Below are positions 1 to 9,888 of a DNA stretch of 64,000 bases, in pieces. Source of the DNA: Candidatus Omnitrophota bacterium (GTDB lineage: Bacteria > Omnitrophota > Gorgyraeia > Gygaellales > Profunditerraquicolaceae); contig VGKG01000001.1 in the NCBI GenBank assembly GCA_016867115.1, positions 109,403 to 173,402 on the forward strand, given 5' to 3'. Position numbers and translations under genes: made by a program. The notes beneath the pieces were generated by a model. That model worked only from the letters and a program-made list of their open reading frames with translations. It was not told the origin of the DNA and ran no database searches. The first letter of the stretch is position 1. Each line of letters begins with the position of its first letter.

Positions 1-398
1 TCTTCAATGTCCAGCTCATCAACGAATGAGCTGATCTCCCTGGCCCAAGGCAGGAATTCCGCGAATTCCTCGCGTTTCCTGAGTACCTCAGGAGCTTTTT
101 GCCTGGCAGCGTTGTAGATAAAGTAGGAGCTGTCTAAGTCGGAGCAGAGCCGGATGTGGGTCTTCTTGGCGACAAGGAACTTAATGAACTCATCCATGGA
201 GAAGAAGCGGCTGGGGAAAAATCCACTTTTCAGCCGCTGGCTGAGCTCCTTCTTAAGGAAGAGGGCGGGGCGCTTGCCGCCGAAGACGATGGCTATTCGG
301 CTTAAGTCCTTGTTCTTCTTGAGATAATTCTCTTCAAGATAGTCTGCAAGGCAGCTGATAAAGTTCTCGTTAAAGTTGTAAGTGATGATCTTAGCCAT
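1..398 (-). CDS. addB: AddB-like subunit of helicase/nuclease (partial, runs off window start)
   Basis: Read manually from ATG at 398: MAKIITYNFNENFISCLADYLEENYLKKNKDLSRIAIVFGGKRPALFLKKEL. This resembles an AddB N-terminus, and the start overlaps the addA stop. Confidence 0.7.
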   Translation of the reverse strand, partial: MAKIITYNFNENFISCLADYLEENYLKKNKDLSRIAIVFGGKRPALFLKKELSQRLKSGFFPSRFFSMDEFIKFLVAKKTHIRLCSDLDSSYFIYNAARQKAPEVLRKREEFAEFLPWAREISSFVDELDIE

Positions 399-3300
399 CA
401 ACTTCCTCTACCTTCAATTCCTCTAAGTACAAAAGATACCCCTTTACCTCGAGCTTTGGATAAAGCTGGGCAATAATCTCCCTGTACTCCCTGATCTGCT
501 TGGCATAATCCAACTCTTCCTCTTCCCTGCTCTTGTAATCTACGATCCAGGCGGATTTGTCCGTGATGATAAGGCGGTCAAGGCGCTTGGTGTCGCCTGA
601 GCTATTCACCACTTCTTTTTCCTGGAAGACTTGCGCATCGCCTAAATAGAAATATTGCCTGAAACTCTTTGCCTCAAGCACCTTCCTGATCTTTGCTGCA
701 TAAGGAGAGAAATCCGCGATCTGCGGATACAAGTCCCTTGCGCTCTCAAGGCCCAGCTTGATCGCCTCTTCTTTATCCTGTTTATCCAGGTTAGCGACAC
801 TCGCCAGTATCTGATGCAGGACCTTGCCGCCTAAGAGTGCCTCGCGCTTCTCTAATAGCCGCTTGTCGCTGAACTCTTCTTTTAAGAATTCGTTCCACCT
901 CCAGTACCTTGCGCTTTCAATGTGCCTGGTTGCGCCTTCCTTATCCAAAGCAGCTTTAAGAGCAGCGGGCTTTCCCAAGATAAGGGGGCTCTCCGGAAAG
1001 AGAAAGCGCGCCACGTTATTTACGCTGCGCATCCCGTGCGGCACAAAGACATAGAGCTCATTTTCCGCGCGGGTGAGTGCAACGTAAATGGCGTTCAGCT
1101 CATCAGCGAACTCTCTTTTGTACTCCTTACGGTATCTCTCCTTCATCTCCTCAGAGAGCTGGGCGTATTTTTTATCCAGGCGTAGGAGCGCCAGGCCATC
1201 CGGCTCCTGCTCCACTACATAAGAGACTCTTCCTTTTGAAGTCTGGGAAGCCAGGTCATTGATATCCAGGTATAAGAAGGGGATGATCACTACCGGAAAG
1301 CCCAGGCCCTTGGCCTTATGAATGGTCATCACCCTGACTGCGTCCGCTCCGGAAGAATTGACAAAGAGCTTCTTCTCATCGATTGAGTCAAAATACTCCA
1401 GGAAATCAAAGATCCCCGGATGCTCCTCCTGGGCGCCGCGCACGATCTCAAGGAAATGCATGAAAAAACCCTGATGCTCGGGGAATTTATTAAACACCTG
1501 AAAGCGGCTTAAGATATCGACCAGAAGCTCATACAGGCCGATAAAACCCACCTCGCTGTAGGATTCCTCGAATAAATCCTTCCAGGTCTTCGGAAAGTTC
1601 CTGCGGAATTCACGGAAAATATAAAAACCTTTTTCCCGGGTGAGTTTATCTCTCAGGCCAAAGAGAAAATCATGCATCTTCTCTTTTTCTAGGCCCGATG
1701 CCTCAAGAAAAAGGTCGCCTAAGATAAAGGCGCCGAATGAGAGGTTATCAATGGGTGAGTTCAGGAAGCGTAATAACGCGACTAATTCCCTGATGAACTT
1801 ATTATTCTTGATATTGAGCGTCTTTTCTGACTCAACCGGGATATTCTTCTCGATCAGCCAGGAGCTGACCAGCTCCACCTCGTCATTTCCGCGGCAAAGA
1901 ATAGTGATATCCGCCTTACGCAAGCTCTTCCGGGTAAGCTCATCAATAAGCGCGATCGTCTTTGCCTTGGCCAGCTCATCCCGCTCTTCTCCGTTAGGCG
2001 CGATGAGCGGCTCAAGGCTCACTAAGCCTTGCAATTCAGGCTTATATTCCTGCCTCGGGCCCTCAAAGACCCTGAGGATCTCCTGCATGTCTTCTGCGTT
2101 AAAATATTTAAGCTCATTATTCACCGCCTTCTGCTGCTCCTCCAGGAAGCGCTTCAGGTTTTCGGGGCTAAAGACCGCGTTGTTAAACTCAACGATCTCT
2201 TTTGCGCTACGGTAATTGCGCTTCAGGAAATCCACTCTTATTTGAGCCTTAAGTTCCTGCTTTATCCTGTCGAATAATTCCACTTCTCCGCCGCGGAAAC
2301 TGAATATCGCCTGCTTCTTGTCTCCGACATAGAAAAGCGTGCCGCCGGTTGAGAGCGCTTCCTCGACCATCTGATAAAGGTTCATCCACTGCAGGACACT
2401 TGTGTCCTGGAACTCATCGATCAGGTAATGGCGCAGGCGCATGGCGATGGATAGATACAGCTCAGGCACAGTGACCCCGTTTTCCCGGATTAAAGAATTG
2501 GCCTGCTGGTTTAATTCCTCAAGGAACATCACGTCGTCTTTATGCGAATAGGTGCGCAGCGCCAGATACACCAGGTTAAAGATATCCACGTAGCAATTAA
2601 AATAAGAGCGGGCTTCCTCCCCGGAGAGTTCGGTAGTTGTTTTACGGATCTCTTTCCAGAGTTTCTCAAGATCCGCGGGCGCTTTGGCGTTCTTGTTCAT
2701 GGGAAGCTCATCTTTTAAAAAGTTGGCCTTGGTCAGGTCCTTAAAATCAAAGATCTCCGGGTTATCCCCTACAAATCTCTCAAGAGTATTGTAAAAAGTC
2801 CCGTTTATGCCTTCGGGCGCCTGTTTAAGGAGTTTTTTATAAAGGCCAAGGAGCTTCTGTTTCTCTTCATAAAGGTCGCGCTTACCTAACGCAAACTTCT
2901 TAAACGGCCCGGAATAAACATTAAAGTGATAGAGCATCGCGCCAAGGATAGTGAGGATATCTTTTTTGGGCAGCCAGGTCTCTTTGCCTTCCAGGTAAAT
3001 GTATTGGCGGAGAAAACCGTCGAAGGCCTTCCTGATCGCCTTATCGCGAAGGGCCTGCTCAATGCAGGCATCAAGACTTAAGGTGAGATAATCATCCCGG
3101 TCATCACGGATCTGAAAGCCGGCGGAGAGGCCGATCTGATAAGAGCAACCCAGAAGGATCATGTTGATGAAGCTATCAATGGTCTTGACCTGAAAATAAT
3201 TGTAGTTAGTGGCGATGTGATCCATCACCTGGCGCGCTCTGGCAGGGGCCTCGTCTTTGGGGATAGTGAGGCTATCCAGGATATCTTTTTCCAGGGAGGG

Positions 3301-3519
3301 GTCTTTGAGCGCTATTTTTTTGAGGAACTCAAGGATGCGCTCCTTCATCTGGCGGGCGGCTTTATTGGTGAAGGTGATGGCCAGGATCGATTCGATATCT
3401 TGGGGATGGCTTTCGGGGCTTAAGATGAGGCCGAGGTATTGCTTGGCCAGGCAAAAGGTCTTGCCTGAGCCGGCAGAGGCCTCGGTGACATGCACATAGG
3501 GCGTTTTAGAACGGCTCAT
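391..3519 (-). CDS. addA: UvrD-family helicase/nuclease, AddA-like
   Basis: Helicase motifs ASAGSGKT, AITFTNKAA, IDEFQDTS, VGDKKQAIF, TIHKAKGL and YVALTRA, plus C-terminal nuclease motif RLDRL...IVDYKS. Confidence 0.9.
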   Translation of the reverse strand: MSRSKTPYVHVTEASAGSGKTFCLAKQYLGLILSPESHPQDIESILAITFTNKAARQMKERILEFLKKIALKDPSLEKDILDSLTIPKDEAPARARQVMDHIATNYNYFQVKTIDSFINMILLGCSYQIGLSAGFQIRDDRDDYLTLSLDACIEQALRDKAIRKAFDGFLRQYIYLEGKETWLPKKDILTILGAMLYHFNVYSGPFKKFALGKRDLYEEKQKLLGLYKKLLKQAPEGINGTFYNTLERFVGDNPEIFDFKDLTKANFLKDELPMNKNAKAPADLEKLWKEIRKTTTELSGEEARSYFNCYVDIFNLVYLALRTYSHKDDVMFLEELNQQANSLIRENGVTVPELYLSIAMRLRHYLIDEFQDTSVLQWMNLYQMVEEALSTGGTLFYVGDKKQAIFSFRGGEVELFDRIKQELKAQIRVDFLKRNYRSAKEIVEFNNAVFSPENLKRFLEEQQKAVNNELKYFNAEDMQEILRVFEGPRQEYKPELQGLVSLEPLIAPNGEERDELAKAKTIALIDELTRKSLRKADITILCRGNDEVELVSSWLIEKNIPVESEKTLNIKNNKFIRELVALLRFLNSPIDNLSFGAFILGDLFLEASGLEKEKMHDFLFGLRDKLTREKGFYIFREFRRNFPKTWKDLFEESYSEVGFIGLYELLVDILSRFQVFNKFPEHQGFFMHFLEIVRGAQEEHPGIFDFLEYFDSIDEKKLFVNSSGADAVRVMTIHKAKGLGFPVVIIPFLYLDINDLASQTSKGRVSYVVEQEPDGLALLRLDKKYAQLSEEMKERYRKEYKREFADELNAIYVALTRAENELYVFVPHGMRSVNNVARFLFPESPLILGKPAALKAALDKEGATRHIESARYWRWNEFLKEEFSDKRLLEKREALLGGKVLHQILASVANLDKQDKEEAIKLGLESARDLYPQIADFSPYAAKIRKVLEAKSFRQYFYLGDAQVFQEKEVVNSSGDTKRLDRLIITDKSAWIVDYKSREEEELDYAKQIREYREIIAQLYPKLEVKGYLLYLEELKVEEVDG

Positions 3520-5606
3520 TTTGCCTTGCCGGTGCCGTATCGGGTATAGATGTAGGAGACGCCTAAGAAGAGGATGCCCAGGATTATGAAGCTGATGATC
3601 TTATAGATTACCGGCAGGTTCACCAGGTCCACGAAGACGACGCGTAGAAGCGTAAGCCCAAAGATGAGGAAGCCGGCGAGCCGGAAGATCTTATCCTTTG
3701 CCAGGAAGCCGGTGATAAATAAGAGGACTCCGAGAGCTCCCAGGCCAAGCGAGATCCAGGTGCGCGTAACATAGATGTGCACTGCGACCACGCAAAGAAA
3801 GGCCAGGATCACAAAGATGAGCCTGACTAAAGGCGGCTCCCATGTCCGCACAAGCGCCTTATTTCTGATCCGGCGGTAAAGAAAATAACCGGCGCTTAAA
3901 GCGATCAATTCTGCTCCTACCATAAGCCACTTGACCGGAGCCTCAAAATAGGCGTGGGTATCGATAAAGGTAAAACGGTAGGCCATAACCGCAACCAGCG
4001 CCAGGTAACAAAGACGCAGAAACTTATCCTGCAGCAGTACCCCTGCGCCGATGATAAAGAGCGCCTCCATAGCTAAAGTAAAGGTGAGCCACTCTAAGGG
4101 CAGGATGAGCCAGAGGAACATGGTCAGATAAATCGTAGCTAACCCTGAGTATATGGCGCCAAAGTTTTCCTCTAAATTAGTGACCTCATTCCTCTTCTTT
4201 AGGGTTCGGCTAAGCAGGAAACAGGCGCTCAAAGAGGCCAGGCCGATAAAGGCGATCAGGTTATTGCAGGCTATCTTCCCGCCGAAGAAAGCGACTTTGC
4301 AATATTTGCTGAAATCAAGGGTCACCCATTTAAAGAATAATAAAAACGCCAGAGCAAAAGAAAAATACCTGAAGACCTTCTGCCTGAAGGCAAAGCCGAA
4401 AAATACGAGGAACGGCAGCTCGACCAGCCAGACCAGGTTAGTGTGGAAAAAGATGAACTTAAGGGGCACAGCCAGGGTGAGTAGGGATAAGGCGATCGCC
4501 ATGTTGCTGGTAAAGAGCTTCTCTTTCCTTGCCCTTAGCATGATCAGGGCAATGACCAGGTAAACAATGCCGAGGAAGAAGATAAAGTTAAACTTCTGCG
4601 CCGGAAAGAGCCTGATCAGTTTCGGATAGACCATAAAGAAATAAAAGATGAAGTTGCAGAGTTCCGCTGCCGCAAGCTTGTTGTAGACTTTTCTTTCCTT
4701 GTCTTCCCTGATCAGGTGCACTCCGGCGGTAAAGAGAAACCAGTAAAGAGTCAGGAACGCGCCGTTGATCAGAAAATAGGCCTGGTCAGTGTTAAGGTCA
4801 ATAGTGACGATGGTTGAAAAATATATCTGCTTTATCGTCCAGAAAAAATGGGTGAAGTAAGTAAAGAAGATCCCCAGGAAGATGAACTTAAGCCACTGCA
4901 ATTTGTAGACCAGGGTGAGAGTGACTATGGCAAGCAGGGCGCAGCTCCAGAAGGTAAAATAAGTCACGTCTCCGAGGGTCGCGGTAAAATAGGCGATAAA
5001 GAGGGAAACCGCGGTGAGCGCCTCTGACTTGTATCTAAGGTAATAAAAGATCATCCCTAAGGCTACCGCTGTCAGAAGGAAAAGATCCAGGAGCTGGTTA
5101 TTAATGATCTTAGAGGCATCAAAATGATACATGGCGTAGGTGGTAAAATAAATGATCGCCCAGGCGCCGGCCAGAAGCACCCGGCCGTAGTTGACGAACT
5201 TCTCTTTCTTCTGCTGCCTCTGGCCAAAGAAAAATAAGGCTGCTGCCAGCACATAACCGAAAGCGATCTTGGCAGCCGGGCCAAAGTAACGGAAGGCATA
5301 GGCGATAAAGAAGGCGATGCCAAGAGTAAAGATAATGATCCCGATCTTATTCAGCCAGAACTTCCCCAAGTCTGCTTCGACATCCTTCTTCACCGCGACC
5401 CTTTCTTTGACCACCGGCCGGGGCGGCTCCTGCCGGAGAACTTCCTTTGCCGGCTGCAGCATTTCTTCTTTCGGTAAAGCGGATATCTTAATCTCAAGCA
5501 CAGCTATCCGGTTACGCAAGTCATTGAATGCGGCCCTGATGTCTTCCAGTTCTTTTTTTAGGCCGGATAATGCGCCTTTCTGATCCTGATTATTATCGGC
5601 TGTCAT
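3516..5606 (-). CDS. DUF2339-like polytopic membrane protein
   Basis: N-terminal coiled coil, then E.DLGKFWLNKIGIII and many TM helices; C-terminal DLVNLPVIYKIISFIILG. Confidence 0.75.
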   Translation of the reverse strand: MTADNNQDQKGALSGLKKELEDIRAAFNDLRNRIAVLEIKISALPKEEMLQPAKEVLRQEPPRPVVKERVAVKKDVEADLGKFWLNKIGIIIFTLGIAFFIAYAFRYFGPAAKIAFGYVLAAALFFFGQRQQKKEKFVNYGRVLLAGAWAIIYFTTYAMYHFDASKIINNQLLDLFLLTAVALGMIFYYLRYKSEALTAVSLFIAYFTATLGDVTYFTFWSCALLAIVTLTLVYKLQWLKFIFLGIFFTYFTHFFWTIKQIYFSTIVTIDLNTDQAYFLINGAFLTLYWFLFTAGVHLIREDKERKVYNKLAAAELCNFIFYFFMVYPKLIRLFPAQKFNFIFFLGIVYLVIALIMLRARKEKLFTSNMAIALSLLTLAVPLKFIFFHTNLVWLVELPFLVFFGFAFRQKVFRYFSFALAFLLFFKWVTLDFSKYCKVAFFGGKIACNNLIAFIGLASLSACFLLSRTLKKRNEVTNLEENFGAIYSGLATIYLTMFLWLILPLEWLTFTLAMEALFIIGAGVLLQDKFLRLCYLALVAVMAYRFTFIDTHAYFEAPVKWLMVGAELIALSAGYFLYRRIRNKALVRTWEPPLVRLIFVILAFLCVVAVHIYVTRTWISLGLGALGVLLFITGFLAKDKIFRLAGFLIFGLTLLRVVFVDLVNLPVIYKIISFIILGILFLGVSYIYTRYGTGKAK

Positions 5607-5642
5607 GGGCTTCCTCCTGACGGGTTTTTGCCATAATCTGTC

Positions 5643-5670
5643 TTGACAATGCCCTATTTTCGGGTATACT
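5643..5670 (+). promoter_or_regulatory. sigma70-type promoter of rpmB
   Basis: TTGACA-16 nt-TATACT, followed by an AAGGAG SD and ATG at 5700. Confidence 0.75.
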
Positions 5671-5699
5671 TAAAATCCTATTATAAGGAGTGAGAAAAA

Positions 5700-5930
5700 A
5701 TGCTTAAAATCTGCGCTTTATGTAAAAAAGGTGAAATGCCGGGTAAGACGATCGCCCGCAAAGGCCAGTACAAGGCCAAGGGCGGGACCGGTAGCAAGAT
5801 CGCCCGCTGGACCATGCGGCGCTTCATGCCAAACTTGCAGAAAATGACTCTCATCATCAAGGGACATCCAAAGAGGGTTTACGTCTGCGCCAAATGCATC
5901 AAAAAGGGCGATTTCCGCAAAGCCGCCTAA
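5700..5930 (+). CDS. rpmB: 50S ribosomal protein L28 (zinc-binding type)
   Basis: CALC...RRFMPNLQ...VYVCAKCIK. Confidence 0.9.
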   Translation: MLKICALCKKGEMPGKTIARKGQYKAKGGTGSKIARWTMRRFMPNLQKMTLIIKGHPKRVYVCAKCIKKGDFRKAA

Positions 5931-7615
5931 CGTAAGATTATATCCTTGGCCTCCAGGATCACCGAATCTAACCCTCTCCAGCTATCCATCCGGGGACTAT
6001 AAATCATCTCAAAAGAATCAGCGCTCAGCAGGCTCTCTTTAAAACCGCTCATCCCGAAACCGATCGCCTGATACGTGAGATCCCCATCCGTCACCCAGAA
6101 CTTCAGGGTCTCCCGCGCCAGGGTCTGCGGTTCGCCCTTTAAGCGCAGATTCCGGGTGTAGAATAGAGGCTCTGGATTTCCTGCGCCAAAGGGCTCTAAA
6201 AGCTCCAATTCCTCGATCACCTGCCCGTTTAAATCCTTAAAACCCAACTCCATATCCACATCGAGGCTCGGCAGAAGGTCTTCAAGAGACATCTTCTCAT
6301 GCGCCAGGCGGTTGATATTATCACGGAAATCCCTGATACTGTCCTTGGTGATCAGGAGCCCGGCAGCATGGGCATGCCCGCCAAAGCTATCCAGAAAACC
6401 GCGGCACTCAAAGAGCGCGTCAAACAAATGGAAGTTCTTGGTGGAGCGGGCTGAACCCTTGCATACTCCGTCATTCACCGAGATGACGATCGCCGGACGG
6501 TAAAACATGTCCGCAAGCTTGCTGGCGACGATACCCAGTACCCCGTGATGCCAGTCTTCCTTGGCAATGACAATGACCTTATGCTCCTTAAAGTTTACCT
6601 CGCGGTTGATCAGGTCCTGGGCTTCTTCGAAGATCTTACCCTCTACTTTCTGGCGCTGGCGGTTGTAACCCTCAAGAGCCTCGGCCAGCTCTTCTGCCTC
6701 ATCCATATTATCCGAAAGCAATAATTTAAGCGAAGTTTCGGCAGTATCCATGCGGCCGCTGGCATTGAGGCGCGGGGCAAGGATAAAGCTCACATAGGTG
6801 GAAGTAAACTCCTTATCCTGGATACCGGCGTTCTCGATCAGGACCCGAAGGCCCGGACGCTTTGTCTGCGGTAATTGCTTCAGGCCTTCTCTGGCAATGA
6901 TGCGGTTCTCGCCAATTAGCGGAACGCTGTCGGCAATAGTGCCTAAAGAGACCAGATCCAGCTCTTCGGAGAGAGTAGATCCGGCTAGAGCCTGGCAAAA
7001 CTTATAAGCCACGCCTACTCCGGCAAGCTCACGGAACTTGTAACCGCTGTTTTTTATCTTGGGATTAAGGATGGCTGCGGCCTCAGGAAGTTTATCGGTT
7101 GCCGGCTCATGGTGGTCGGTGATGATCGTCTCGATCCCGGCGCGTTTAAGTTCTTCCACCCGGGCGTGATTGCTTATGCCGCAGTCAACCGTGATCAGGA
7201 GCTTCACCCGCATCTCTTTAGCCGCCTGCGCGATATTTTTGGTCAGGCCATAGCCCTCTTTTATACGGTGGGGCAGGTAATGCAGGGCTTTTATCCCGAG
7301 CTTCGCCAGGGTCTCTTTTAATAAGGCGGCTGCGGTGATCCCGTCCACATCGTAGTCCCCGAAGATCAGGACCTTATCCTTATTTTTAGCCGCTTTTTTC
7401 ACCAGGCTGACCGCCTTCTGCATGTCAGGAAAAGAAAGCGGGTCGAGAAAATTATCAGTTGAGATATTCAGGAACTTTTGCGCTTCATTCGGGTCAGCGA
7501 GATTGCGGTTGATCAGGACCTGGGCGAGAATGGTTGAGATGCGCAGTTTACGGCTTAAGGTATTTTGCAGGGACGGGTCAGGCTTTGCAATTTTGAGGAT
7601 TTTATGGCTGGACAC
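5927..7615 (-). CDS. recJ: single-stranded-DNA exonuclease RecJ
   Basis: GDYDVDG, ITVDCG, TDHH, PRLNASGR and GGHAHAAG motifs. Confidence 0.95.
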   Translation of the reverse strand: MSSHKILKIAKPDPSLQNTLSRKLRISTILAQVLINRNLADPNEAQKFLNISTDNFLDPLSFPDMQKAVSLVKKAAKNKDKVLIFGDYDVDGITAAALLKETLAKLGIKALHYLPHRIKEGYGLTKNIAQAAKEMRVKLLITVDCGISNHARVEELKRAGIETIITDHHEPATDKLPEAAAILNPKIKNSGYKFRELAGVGVAYKFCQALAGSTLSEELDLVSLGTIADSVPLIGENRIIAREGLKQLPQTKRPGLRVLIENAGIQDKEFTSTYVSFILAPRLNASGRMDTAETSLKLLLSDNMDEAEELAEALEGYNRQRQKVEGKIFEEAQDLINREVNFKEHKVIVIAKEDWHHGVLGIVASKLADMFYRPAIVISVNDGVCKGSARSTKNFHLFDALFECRGFLDSFGGHAHAAGLLITKDSIRDFRDNINRLAHEKMSLEDLLPSLDVDMELGFKDLNGQVIEELELLEPFGAGNPEPLFYTRNLRLKGEPQTLARETLKFWVTDGDLTYQAIGFGMSGFKESLLSADSFEMIYSPRMDSWRGLDSVILEAKDIILR

Positions 7616-9249
7616 TACATCTTCTCCGGAGCAGAGACGCCCAAGAGTTTAAGCCCGGTAGCAAGCACTATGCGGGTAGCCTCGATCAGAGAGAGCCTTG
7701 CCCGCGTAAGCGCGTCGTTATCGCCTAAAACGCGGTGCAGGTCGTAAAACTTATGGAAGCTCTCGGCAAGCTCCTGTAAATAGACGGTAAGCATGTAGGG
7801 GTCGGTGGTGGTCAGGCAGATATTCAGCGTCGCCTCAAAATGCCAGAGCTTCTTGATCAGGGAAAGCTCTTCTTTCTCCTTTAATACCGAAAGGTCTTCC
7901 CCCTTATTGACCCTGATCTTGCCTGAACGCAGGATGCTTGAGATACGGGCATGCGCATACTGCACGTAATAGACCGGGTTCTCCGAGGTCTGTTTTTTGG
8001 CCACATCCAGGTCAAAATCCAGGTGGCTTGAAGTCCGGCGCATCATAAAGAAGAAACGCGAGGCGTCGCGGCCGACCTCATCCAGGACCTCCTGCAGGGT
8101 GATGTACTCTCCCCTACGCGTGGACATCTGCACCGGCTTACCCTCCCGGAAGATCGTAGCCAGCTGCACGATAATTACCGCCAGCGACTCCTTAGGATGC
8201 CCCAGGGCCTCGACTGAAGCCTCAAGGCGCTTGATGTATCCGTGATGGTCCGGGCCCCAGAGATTGATCAACCAGTCAAAGCCGCGGCGATACTTTTCCC
8301 GGTGATAGGCGATGTCAGGAGCCAGATACGTATAAGATTTATCGCTCTTAATCACCACGCGGTCCTTGTCATCGCCGAAGCCAGTAGATTTAAACCAGAC
8401 CGCGCCCTCCTGCTCGTAAATAAAACCTCTCTTCTTTAAGTCCTCAAGGGCCTTTTCAATCTTACCGCTCTGGCGCAATTTCTTCTGGCTTGACCAGTAA
8501 TCAAACTTCACTCCGAAGGCAACTAATTCCTTCTTAATGATATCCAGGATATAGTTTGCGGCAAAGTCCCCCAGATCTTCTTTTCTGATCTTTCTTTTCT
8601 GCGCCACCTTCGCAATATCATAGATATAATCTCCCTGATAATAATTCTCGGGGAACTCTAAACTTTCTCCGGACAATTCCTGCATGCGCAGCCGCACCGA
8701 ATCGCCCAGGATATTGATCTGGTTACCCTCATCATTCAGGTAATATTCCCGCTTGACCTTAAAGCCTATGAAGGCAAGAATATTTGCCAGGCTGTCTCCC
8801 ACCGCTGCCTGGCGGGCGTGGGCTACGGATAGAGAGCCGGTAGGATTTGCGCTGACAAACTCAATCAGCGTAGGCCGGTTATGGCCGAGATTCACGGCAA
8901 GGGCCTTCTCTTTCCTGGCTACGATATCGCGCAGCTCTTCGTAAAAGAACTTCTCCTGCAGGTAAAAATTGATGAATCCTGCGCCTTCGATCTTTATTTC
9001 TCTGATGTAGCCGGCGGCTTCGGAATCCCCAAGCGCCTTATTCAGCGCCTCGACTATTTTTGCGGCGATATCGCGGGGAGGAAGTTTGGTGGATTTGCTG
9101 ATCTGAAGGGCGACATTGGTAGAGAGTTCCCCGAAACGCGGGTCAGTGGGAAAATCAAGGATGATCCCCGGGCCTTGCGCGCCTTCCGGATAAAACTCCT
9201 TAAGAGAGTGCTGAAGCGCGGATATAAGAGATTCCTGGATATTTTTCAT
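7615..9249 (-). CDS. argS: arginine--tRNA ligase
   Basis: EFVSANPTGSLSVAHAR (HIGH-like), MSTRRGE and YVQYAHARI. Confidence 0.95.
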   Translation of the reverse strand: MKNIQESLISALQHSLKEFYPEGAQGPGIILDFPTDPRFGELSTNVALQISKSTKLPPRDIAAKIVEALNKALGDSEAAGYIREIKIEGAGFINFYLQEKFFYEELRDIVARKEKALAVNLGHNRPTLIEFVSANPTGSLSVAHARQAAVGDSLANILAFIGFKVKREYYLNDEGNQINILGDSVRLRMQELSGESLEFPENYYQGDYIYDIAKVAQKRKIRKEDLGDFAANYILDIIKKELVAFGVKFDYWSSQKKLRQSGKIEKALEDLKKRGFIYEQEGAVWFKSTGFGDDKDRVVIKSDKSYTYLAPDIAYHREKYRRGFDWLINLWGPDHHGYIKRLEASVEALGHPKESLAVIIVQLATIFREGKPVQMSTRRGEYITLQEVLDEVGRDASRFFFMMRRTSSHLDFDLDVAKKQTSENPVYYVQYAHARISSILRSGKIRVNKGEDLSVLKEKEELSLIKKLWHFEATLNICLTTTDPYMLTVYLQELAESFHKFYDLHRVLGDNDALTRARLSLIEATRIVLATGLKLLGVSAPEKM

Positions 9250-9285
9250 GGCACTAAAATGACCTACAGAGTAAAAGAGGCAAAC

Positions 9286-9651
9286 CTAAAGTGAGGCGGG
9301 GACCTTACTGGGGATCCTTATGCGCTTAGCGTCGGACCAGAGGCGCTCTAAAGAATAAAACTCTCTCATCGGTTTGTGGAAGATGTGCACGACTACGCTC
9401 ACATAATCCAGAACTATCCAGCCGGATTCATCGTTGGATAGGGCCTGAGAGAGAGATTTTATCCTGTCCTTAGCTAAGTCTTGCAGTATTGCATCGGCAA
9501 AGCCATGGACCTGGCGCAGCGAATCGCCGCTAAGGATCACAAAATAATCGCAGAACGCGCCGGCAGGCTTAAGGTCAAGGACAGTGACCTTCTTCGCCTT
9601 TTTCGCCCTGGCTAGAGCCGCTATTCGTAAAGCTAACCTTTTAGCCTCTAT
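9286..9651 (-). CDS. rsfS: ribosome silencing factor RsfS, probable ATA start
   Basis: KKAKKVTVLDL...FCDYFVILSG...WIVLDY...VVHIF...REFYSLERLW. The frame is open to ATA 9651, which lies 8 nt after GGAGG. Confidence 0.88.
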   Translation of the reverse strand: MEAKRLALRIAALARAKKAKKVTVLDLKPAGAFCDYFVILSGDSLRQVHGFADAILQDLAKDRIKSLSQALSNDESGWIVLDYVSVVVHIFHKPMREFYSLERLWSDAKRIRIPSKVPASL

Positions 9652-9663
9652 TAGCGCTGCCTC

Positions 9664-9813
9664 CTATTTCTTGCCCAGGATCTTGTACATCCCGGTTCCG
9701 CATGCAGGGCATTTGCCTTTCATGGCCTGACGCTTGTTCTTCATGGTGACTGTCTGGGTGTCCTTCATCTCTTGCATACCTTTGCACTTTACGCAATAAC
9801 CTTTTTCTGCCAT
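9664..9813 (-). CDS. DUF5679-like small zinc-ribbon protein
   Basis: MAEKGYCVKCK...MKNKRQAMKGKCPACGTGMYKI; GGAGG SD before ATG 9813. Confidence 0.8.
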   Translation of the reverse strand: MAEKGYCVKCKGMQEMKDTQTVTMKNKRQAMKGKCPACGTGMYKILGKK

Positions 9814-9857
9814 TTGAATCCTCCTTTTTCTCTTAAAAAGCGGCAAATTATGTTTTT

Positions 9858-9885
9858 ATTCTAACACAGCCGCGCCTTTTGTCAA
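9858..9885 (-). promoter_or_regulatory. sigma70-type promoter for the DUF5679-rsfS-argS-recJ genes
   Basis: Minus strand TTGACA-16 nt-TAGAAT with a TGn extended -10. Confidence 0.7.
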
Positions 9886-9888
9886 GGG

